Shown here piece by piece: positions 58,317 through 64,000 of a stretch of DNA of 64,000 nt. Below the pieces are notes generated by a model. The model was given only the letters and a program-made list of their open reading frames with translations, did no database searches and was not told the DNA's origin. The position numbers and the translations under genes were made by a program. The stretch comes from Candidatus Latescibacterota bacterium (GTDB lineage: Bacteria > Latescibacterota > CBDCVA01): assembly GCA_965222935.1 (NCBI GenBank), contig CBDCVA010000001.1, forward strand, positions 28,389 to 92,388, written 5' to 3'. Position 1 is the stretch's first letter. The number at the start of each line of letters is the position of its first letter.

Positions 58317-60187
58317 CAGCCGTGCTCCATGTTTGCTGGCTCGGCATACCAACGCGCTTGCAGGCTGTACATCTGGGCGTACACGCCGTCAAGGTGCAAC
58401 AGCGCCTCGTGGTCGCCATCCTCGACAATGCGGCCGTTCGCCAGCACGACAATCCGATCCGCGAGCCGTGCCGCTCCCAGCCGGTGAGAGACAAGGATCG
58501 CGCACCGTCCGGCTGCAACCTGGGTAAACTGACGGTAAAACTCGACCTCAGCCCGTGGGTCCAAGGCAGCGGTGGGCTCATCGAGGGCAACGATCTGGGC
58601 GTCGCGCAGGTAGGCCCGCGCGAGCGCCAGCCGCTGCCACTGACCGGAAGATAGCTCCATCCCGTCCGGCCACTCCTTGCCGAGGTGAGTCGCGTAGCCA
58701 GACGGCAGTTCAGCGATAAACCCATCTGCACCGCTCTGTGCTGCGGCGGCGGCAATGCGAGGATGGATGGCCCCAGCAGCAGGGACAACTTCTGCCAGCA
58801 AGGTTGAATCGCCGTAGGCAATATTCTCGCGCACCGTCGTGGGGTAGCGAACAAAGTCCTGGAAGACTGCCGTCGCCTCGCGCCGCCACGTGTCGGGGTG
58901 GATTCTAACCAGATCCACGCCATCCACAGCGATAGTCCCATGGGTAGGCTGGTAGAGTCCTAAGAGCAAGCGCACCAGCGTGGTCTTGCCCGCGCCATTC
59001 TCTCCCACGAGCGCAATTCGCTCACCGGGTCGGATCGACAAATCGATGTCAGAGAGGGCCAGTCGGTCGGCGCCCGGGTACATGAAGCTAACACCGTGGA
59101 ACTGAATGGCCTCACGCAGCGGTCGTTGGAGTGTTTGGCCGGCAGCCTGCGGCGCAGGGGCCTCTGCTTCCAATGCAAGGAAGTCTCGCAGATACTCCGC
59201 GTACTGCAGGTCCGGATACACATTCTCCAGAGCAGCGGAGATATTGTCGGCGAGGGTGCGGAACCGGCTCAATCCATACAGAAGCGCTACCAAGCTGCCA
59301 AGAGTAATGTTGCCTCCTAGGGCGAGCAGCAAGACAAACACTATGACCAGCGCTACGCCCTCTTGGGCGGCTACGCTAGCTAAACCCGGCAGAGCCATCC
59401 TGCGCTGGGCGGCCATAATCTCTCCCAGGAAGCGTTGGAAGACACGGCGGCGGCGCTGGAGGAAGTAGCCAGCAAGACCGGACAACCGTATTTCAGGGGC
59501 GGCATCGCGACGGGAGAGGAGGCGCGACCAGTAGCGCATCTCGCGCCTGCGGGGCGAGTTCTCGTAGCTGACTTCAACGAAGGTGCGTGCGATATAGGAC
59601 TGCACGATGGACCGCAAGCCCATCACGGCCACCAGCGCCACGCCAATGAGCCAGTGGGCACGGAAATAGAGCGCCATCAACCCGGCAGCGCCGATAAGCG
59701 AACTGACCAGCCAGGAGAGATTCTCCAGGAGATCGCGAAGACCACTCCCCTTCCCGGCAACCTCCAGCTTGGTGTAGTACTCTTCCCGTTCGAAGGTACT
59801 TAGGGGGAGTGAAATGGCCTTCTCGCACACCATGTGTTGCACGGCAGCGCCGAGACGCAAGCCCGTCTGCTGAAAGAGGTAGTCACCGATAGCGCTATCG
59901 AGACTGCGGATGGCGAAGGCCACAAGCAGCATTAGCAACCAGGGGACAATGGAGGACCATATGTTGGTCGGGTCGGCACTTGATCGCGGTAAGGCGTCGA
60001 TCAGTCCGCTGATAGCCCACACAACGAGAGGCGTGGCTGCACCGGAGGCGAGACTCTGTGCCGCGAGCAGAGACCCGGGTACGGGGACCTCCTTGAAGAC
60101 CAGGCTGATGACAAAGCCTACCCTAGCCGTTGTTGCCCGCAGGTGAGCAACGGGCTCCCGTAGCCAAGCCGGATGAGTCGAGATCAT
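58316..60187 (-). CDS. ABC exporter, fused permease/ATPase (subunit 1)
   Basis: 623 aa with GENGAGKTT, LSSGQWQR and IVALDEP. Confidence 0.9.
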   Translation of the reverse strand: MISTHPAWLREPVAHLRATTARVGFVISLVFKEVPVPGSLLAAQSLASGAATPLVVWAISGLIDALPRSSADPTNIWSSIVPWLLMLLVAFAIRSLDSAIGDYLFQQTGLRLGAAVQHMVCEKAISLPLSTFEREEYYTKLEVAGKGSGLRDLLENLSWLVSSLIGAAGLMALYFRAHWLIGVALVAVMGLRSIVQSYIARTFVEVSYENSPRRREMRYWSRLLSRRDAAPEIRLSGLAGYFLQRRRRVFQRFLGEIMAAQRRMALPGLASVAAQEGVALVIVFVLLLALGGNITLGSLVALLYGLSRFRTLADNISAALENVYPDLQYAEYLRDFLALEAEAPAPQAAGQTLQRPLREAIQFHGVSFMYPGADRLALSDIDLSIRPGERIALVGENGAGKTTLVRLLLGLYQPTHGTIAVDGVDLVRIHPDTWRREATAVFQDFVRYPTTVRENIAYGDSTLLAEVVPAAGAIHPRIAAAAAQSGADGFIAELPSGYATHLGKEWPDGMELSSGQWQRLALARAYLRDAQIVALDEPTAALDPRAEVEFYRQFTQVAAGRCAILVSHRLGAARLADRIVVLANGRIVEDGDHEALLHLDGVYAQMYSLQARWYAEPANMEHG

Positions 60188-60355
60188 AACAGTTCCAGTG
60201 TGTGTTCTGTGATGGTATTCACCTGACAGTTATCCATTGAATAAGCGGTGGTCAAACCGCCCCTGCTTGGGTATTTAAGAAGGGACTCTTGCCCCCAGCC
60301 TTATCAATAAAGTCATACAGTTACAGAGTTTCGAAACCTCACCGTGAGCCTGGCT

Positions 60356-60976
60356 TCAGCGGGCTTCGAGCGGCGCGCCGAAGAAGGCCAGCTCGCACCG
60401 CATCGCGTAGCGATAGACATCGCGCACCGGGGGCGTGTCCTCGGACAGGCGATCCAGCAATCTCTCCAGCCGTGCGGCGAGCGCAGCGAAGTCGGCGCTG
60501 CTGTACGTGGCGATCCAGTCGGCGTAGGCGTGGTCGGGGACGCCGTCGCGGGCCAGTTCGGCGCCCAGGAAGGCGTACAGCCGCATGCAGGGCGTCATCG
60601 CCGCGACCGTCTCGCTGAGGCCCCCGCCCCAGGCGGCAGCGAGCAGGAAATCCGTATAGGCGCTGGTGCTCCGCCAGGGCTTCGCCCCGGCGAGGTCGAT
60701 CCCCAGCGTCCTCGCGTAGGCCGCGTGCAGCTTCAATTCTTCGAGAACGCCGCCTAACAGTTCGTGGAAATCGGCGATGGTCTCGGTGGCCTCGCTCCGC
60801 GCAGCGGCGAGGGCATAGGCGCGGGCGAAGGCGCGCAGGAAGAAGGCGTCCTGGGCGACGTAGCGCTTGAACGCCCCCTCGTCGAGCGTCCCGTCGGCGA
60901 TGCCCCGCACGAAGGGATGGTCAAGGCATGCGCGGGCCAGGTCCTCGTTCGCTCTCCAGAGCTCGGCGCTGAGCAT
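60356..60976 (-). CDS. TenA family thiaminase II/aminopyrimidine aminohydrolase (Cys-type)
   Basis: HPFVRGIADGTL...YVAQDAFFL and the active-site-like MTPCMRLY. Confidence 0.8.
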   Translation of the reverse strand: MLSAELWRANEDLARACLDHPFVRGIADGTLDEGAFKRYVAQDAFFLRAFARAYALAAARSEATETIADFHELLGGVLEELKLHAAYARTLGIDLAGAKPWRSTSAYTDFLLAAAWGGGLSETVAAMTPCMRLYAFLGAELARDGVPDHAYADWIATYSSADFAALAARLERLLDRLSEDTPPVRDVYRYAMRCELAFFGAPLEAR

Positions 60977-61582
60977 CTAGCCCTCCCATGTCATCCGCCA
61001 GAAGGCCGCCTCGTGCCGGAGGGCCTCGTTGAAGGCCTCCTGGGCCCTGGGGTGCGGATTCGCCTCCTGGGCTCGGCGCAGGGCATCCACATAAGCTGCG
61101 AACTCGGGACTCGACCAGCGCCCGATGAACTCGGCGTAGGGCCCGGCGGCTTCGAGCGCGCTCCATGCCGCCAGATAGCTCACCTCGACCCCGTAGAGGA
61201 TCGCCAGCAGCACCGGGTGGGGCTCGGTGTAGGCGGCCCGGAGCAGGAAATCCGTGTAGTGGCGGCAGACCGGGTGCAGGGGGGCGTCCAGCGCCAGGTT
61301 GCGCTCCCTGGCGTTCGCCTCGAACCAGTCCAACTCGGCGTCTATGGCGCCTAGGCCTGCGATGAGCGGCTTGTGGTGGAGTCTGGGGGTCTTGGCTGCG
61401 GCCACGGCTTGAAACGACAGCAGGCGCAAGGCGAAGTGGTAGTCCTGGACGAGCCAGCGGGCAAAAGCCTCCTCGGGCAGTGTCCCCGCCTGAGCGGCAT
61501 CGAGGAAGGCGGCATGGGTCGCTCCCTCCCATAGCGTTCCGGCGCGCCCGATGAGCGGGCTATCGGTCGGGGTTGACATCAT
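60977..61582 (-). CDS. TenA-like family protein (no active-site Cys)
   Basis: Start ATGATG at 61582 (GGAAAGGA RBS). It has FLDAAQAGTLPEEAF..WLVQDYHF. The stop abuts the next start (TAGATG). Confidence 0.75.
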   Translation of the reverse strand: MMSTPTDSPLIGRAGTLWEGATHAAFLDAAQAGTLPEEAFARWLVQDYHFALRLLSFQAVAAAKTPRLHHKPLIAGLGAIDAELDWFEANARERNLALDAPLHPVCRHYTDFLLRAAYTEPHPVLLAILYGVEVSYLAAWSALEAAGPYAEFIGRWSSPEFAAYVDALRRAQEANPHPRAQEAFNEALRHEAAFWRMTWEG

Positions 61583-61629
61583 GCAGCCATCCTTTCCGCC
61601 GTGCGTGCTGGCCGCTCGATCGGGGCCCC

Positions 61630-61773
61630 TCACGCCAGGTGAGATTCGTGGTCTTGATCGTCGGTGTCGTCGCGTCCGGCGATGGAATCGCGCCTCAGGC
61701 GCCCTGCGGCCACCACCGCCCCGACGATGGCCAGGCCCAACAGAATGATCGCCAGCCAGGTCTCATGCGTCAT
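61630..61773 (-). CDS. 47-aa single-TM hypothetical peptide
   Basis: MTHETWLAIILLGLAIVGAVVAAGRLRR..., upstream of the TenA pair. A duplicated, disrupted copy lies at 61864-62016. Confidence 0.35.
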   Translation of the reverse strand: MTHETWLAIILLGLAIVGAVVAAGRLRRDSIAGRDDTDDQDHESHLA

Positions 61774-61863
61774 GCGGTCAATCTCCCCCGTAGGGGGGCT
61801 CCTCGCCGCGATCGCGGCATCAAGGACTCCATCCCGTGTAGTCTACCACACCCCTCGCAACCC

Positions 61864-62016
61864 CTAGCGCCCGTCGAGGTCGATCCCACGTGCGGGCCCT
61901 TCTTTTGTCTCCCCTCCCTGCAATGCGGGGAGGGGTCGGGGGTGGGGTTTCCCACCACCGCCCCCGACGATGGCCAGGCCCAACAGGAGGATCGCCAGCC
62001 AGGTCTCATGCGTCAT
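61864..62016 (-). pseudogene. Second copy of the small TM ORF, disrupted after about 21 codons by a REP-like element
   Basis: MTHETWLAILLLGLAIVGG, then the translation runs into the repeat (GGGKPHPRPLPALQGGE). Confidence 0.35.
61908..61949 (+). repeat. REP-like hairpin/G4 element, short form
   Basis: tctcccctccctgcaatgcggggaggggtcgggggtggggtt. Confidence 0.8.
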
Positions 62017-62020
62017 GCGG

Positions 62021-62203
62021 TCAATCTTCCCCGTAAAGCGGCTCCTCGCCGCGATCGATGCGGTCGAGGTCCGCGATGAATGTCTTCTTCTCCGCCTCGT
62101 CCTCGAACTTGATGGAGGGGAGCGCACGCGCGCGCCAGTGCGGACGACCCGTTTCGGGCATCCCCTCGTAGAGATCTACAGCCGCCATAAGGTCGTCTCT
62201 CAC
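62021..62203 (-). CDS. 60-aa hypothetical protein
   Basis: The ORF ends 4 nt before the small TM ORF copy, and its last ~13 codons are duplicated at about 61790-61820. Confidence 0.3.
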   Translation of the reverse strand: MRDDLMAAVDLYEGMPETGRPHWRARALPSIKFEDEAEKKTFIADLDRIDRGEEPLYGED

Positions 62204-62218
62204 GGCTCGATCCTCCCC

Positions 62219-62833
62219 TTACGCTCTAGGCCGGGGCATCACGATGACGCCCTCAGCCGAATCGCCGTAGGCCTCGGCTCGGCCCTCTAAGAAGGCTGCT
62301 CCTACCAGCGCGGCCGTGACCGCGTCCAGTTCATGGTCGCTCCTGGGTTCATCCAGGCCCCGGACGCCCAGGCCCATGAGCCCGCAGCGCAGCTTCTCCA
62401 CGCCCTGCTTCTTGCGGGGGATACCCCACACATCCTGTGCTCCCCCAGGGTAGGCCTCCTCGATCCGGAGGCCCCGCGCCTTCAACCGCGCCGCCAGCCC
62501 CATGCCCCGCTCCGTCAGGAGCCGCATCGGGCCGAGCGTGACCGGGAAGAAACGAATCCCCCGTCGGAGCAGTTCACGGTCGCAGGTCCTGAGGTGTTCG
62601 CCGTTTCTGTCGGCCAGCGAATGCCGTCCCGGTGGAAGGCTCAGCGGTGCATCGACTGTGATGAGCGCGGGCCGGGCTGCCGTGACCCGATCCACGATCT
62701 CGTCATCAGTATAGACCAGGGCCGTCTCCGCCCAAAGGTTTCTCAGGAGGCACAGGCCGGTGGGCCGGGTCTCGACCCCTGCGAGGTCCAGCCCGACGAC
62801 CACTTCACCATTTCGCGATATCAAGCGCTCCAT
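62219..62833 (-). CDS. DUF429 family protein (RNase H-like fold predicted)
   Basis: 204 aa with VVGLDLAG...PTGLCLL...ITVDAPLSLP, typical of DUF429. Confidence 0.7.
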   Translation of the reverse strand: MERLISRNGEVVVGLDLAGVETRPTGLCLLRNLWAETALVYTDDEIVDRVTAARPALITVDAPLSLPPGRHSLADRNGEHLRTCDRELLRRGIRFFPVTLGPMRLLTERGMGLAARLKARGLRIEEAYPGGAQDVWGIPRKKQGVEKLRCGLMGLGVRGLDEPRSDHELDAVTAALVGAAFLEGRAEAYGDSAEGVIVMPRPRA

Positions 62834-62848
62834 CCCGCCCTTCTATCC

Positions 62849-62897
62849 TCTCCCCTCCCTGCATGTGCCAGCGGAGCTTCCGCCGGGGAGGGGCCGG
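62849..62897 (+). repeat. REP-like hairpin/G4 element, long form
   Basis: tctcccctccctgcatgtgccagcggagcttccgccggggaggggccgggggtggggtc. Confidence 0.8.
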
Positions 62898-62919
62898 GGG
62901 TGGGGTCTCCGCGGTAGGG

Positions 62920-63339
62920 TCACAGATTGCGCCACTTCACCAGTTCGAGCAGGATACCATCGGGATCGCGGAAGAAGCAGAGCTTGAGGCCCTGGCCAAT
63001 CTCGGGGAAGGTGACGTCCCTGAGCGGCGTTTCGAACGCGACGCCCTGCGCTTCGAGATGGGCGCAGACCTCCTCGATATTGTCCACAGCAAGTCCAATG
63101 TGTCGGAAGAAGCCGGGGCTGCCCCCCCCGATGGACCCATCGTCCGTATGACGGGTGAGCTCGACGCCGGGGAGCCACACGACGCGGGGCTTCTTGGGGT
63201 CGTCGGGCATGGGGAGCTGGCGGAGGATGGGCAGGCCCAGAACCTCGTGATAGAAGCGGACCGAGCGTTCCAGGTCCTTGCAGTAGACGGACGCGTGGTT
63301 GATGCCTGCGTTGACCTTGGGATGGATGGACGCGGCCAC
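62920..63339 (-). CDS. VOC (glyoxalase/bleomycin-resistance/dioxygenase) family protein
   Basis: Preferred GTG start at 63339 (AAGGAG RBS). It has INHASVYCKDLERSVRFYHEVLGL and HIGLAVDNIEE...FFRDPDGILLEL. Confidence 0.8.
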   Translation of the reverse strand: MAASIHPKVNAGINHASVYCKDLERSVRFYHEVLGLPILRQLPMPDDPKKPRVVWLPGVELTRHTDDGSIGGGSPGFFRHIGLAVDNIEEVCAHLEAQGVAFETPLRDVTFPEIGQGLKLCFFRDPDGILLELVKWRNL

Positions 63340-63408
63340 TTCGGGTTCTCCTTCCGGTGAGGGTCCGGGCTGCACTCGGGCCGCACCCCTCGCAGCTCCT
63401 TCTTTCAT

Positions 63409-63467
63409 TCTCCCCTCCCTGCTTGTGCCAGCGGAGCTTCCGCCGGGGAGGGGCCGGGGGTGGGGTC
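63409..63467 (+). repeat. REP-like hairpin/G4 element, long form
   Basis: Near-identical to the 62849 copy, with a single difference in the loop (gcttgtg versus gcatgtg). Confidence 0.8.
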
Positions 63468-63671
63468 CTCAAGGATACGACGCCGCACCCCGAAGCGTCA
63501 ACCGCATCGCGCCGAGAAACCTTGACTTTCTGGCATAGCCGGCGGTACGATGGCCTTGCGTTGGACGGGAGATGATGCATACCGACTCCTCTCAACCGGA
63601 CAGGAGCGTCTCGATGGATTTTGTTGACCTCGATGTCGCCGAATGCTACCGGCTCGCGGATCCTTCTTCTC

Positions 63672-63713
63672 TCTCCCCTCCCTGCGTTGCGGGGAGGGGT
63701 CGGGGGTGGGGTT
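63672..63713 (+). repeat. REP-like hairpin/G4 element, short form
   Basis: tctcccctccctgcgttgcggggaggggtcgggggtggggtt. Confidence 0.8.
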
Positions 63714-63761
63714 CGCATTCAAGCCGGACGCCGGGGTAGCTGGAAGAGAGGCGTAGCTGCG

Positions 63762-64000
63762 ATGGCCGAGCCGAAGATCCTGGTTGTGGATGATGAGAAG
63801 AGCATCGTCGAAGCGGTGCGGTATAGCCTCGAAAGGGCCGGGTTTCGCGTCGCGGCGGTCTCCGACGGCGAAGAGGCGCTCGAACGCTGCCGGGCCGAGG
63901 CGCCGGACCTCATGATCCTGGACCTCATGCTGCCGGGACTCGACGGCCTCGAAGTCTGCCGCATCCTCCGGGGGGATAACGCGACCCGGGGGATCCCCAT
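63762..64000 (+). CDS. Response regulator receiver domain (5' partial, runs off the window)
   Basis: MAEPKILVVDDEKSIVEAV...APDLMILDLMLPGLDGLEVCRIL. It is absent from the ORF track because no stop lies within the window. Confidence 0.8.
   Translation, partial: MAEPKILVVDDEKSIVEAVRYSLERAGFRVAAVSDGEEALERCRAEAPDLMILDLMLPGLDGLEVCRILRGDNATRGIP

Noticed and set aside
61583-61780. A TPP riboswitch upstream of the TenA genes.
   Set aside because: Reading the coding-strand sequence, I could not find the conserved CUGAGA or ACCUGAUCUGGAUAAUGCCAGCG cores. The region instead contains a small ORF. A covariance-model search would settle it.
61908-63713. Whether the four repeated elements form a CRISPR array.
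   Set aside because: There are only four copies in two length classes, with irregular spacing of roughly 0.2-0.9 kb and complete genes between them. Each copy is a hairpin plus a G-run rather than a CRISPR-type repeat, and there are no cas genes.
62843-63718. 291-aa minus-strand ORF spanning the VOC gene region.
   Set aside because: It is produced by translating through three REP-like elements (the repeated PPTPPR...GRGE segments). The VOC-family gene in another frame explains the coding signal.
63560-63733. 55-codon plus-strand ORF behind a TTGACT/TACGAT promoter-like pair and a GGGAG RBS (MMHTDSSQPDRSVSMDFVDLDVAECYRLADP...).
   Set aside because: Its second half is just the translation of a REP-like element and no family motif is present. 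It may be a truncated remnant, but it is not supportable as a gene.
1-64000. tRNA, rRNA, transposase, integrase or prophage genes.
   Set aside because: A visual scan of the intergenic regions found no T-arm GGTTCGA(A/G)TCC-type sequences outside coding regions, no rRNA-like stretches and no ORF with DDE transposase, tyrosine recombinase or serine recombinase motifs. A tRNAscan/Infernal run would be needed to be certain.

Overview
High-GC bacterial chromosomal window, densely coding on both strands. T9SS/FlgD-Ig-type C-terminal domains on secreted proteins suggest an FCB-superphylum-like organism (inference). There are no rRNA or tRNA genes, CRISPR arrays, transposases or integrases.

Core content:
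- ilvD-leuC-leuD, plus an acid-sugar and miscellaneous catabolic neighbourhood: two enolase-superfamily enzymes, two UxuA-family dehydratases, an SMP-30 lactonase, a TPP enzyme, PhyH, MlrC, an S9 peptidase and a kinase.
- A Sec-containing selD.
- A TenA pair and a heterodimeric ABC exporter.

Most interesting loci:
1. 42.3-50.6 kb: a tightly overlapping seven-gene operon. A Wzi-like outer-membrane protein is followed by three consecutive pairs of membrane GT2 synthase and radical-SAM enzyme. I know of no described pathway with this architecture.
2. 50.6-52.6 kb: an AT-richer two-gene cassette (ABC/SMC-type ATPase plus a 209-aa unknown) placed 7 nt after that operon. It looks like a defence module.
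3. 24.1-28.1 kb: promoter, cobalamin riboswitch, then a BtuB-like TonB-dependent receptor whose N-terminus looks like the membrane anchor and proline-rich arm of TonB, then a surface beta-propeller.
4. 20.5-23.9 kb: an AT-richer array of secreted-protein genes sharing about 100-bp junction repeats. It carries a G12 frameshift tract, an in-frame TAG and a decayed gene remnant.

Other observations: an in-frame TGA in a DoxX gene, REP-like hairpin/G-quadruplex elements, and small duplications. Many long ORFs in the track are antisense artefacts of high GC content and were not called.
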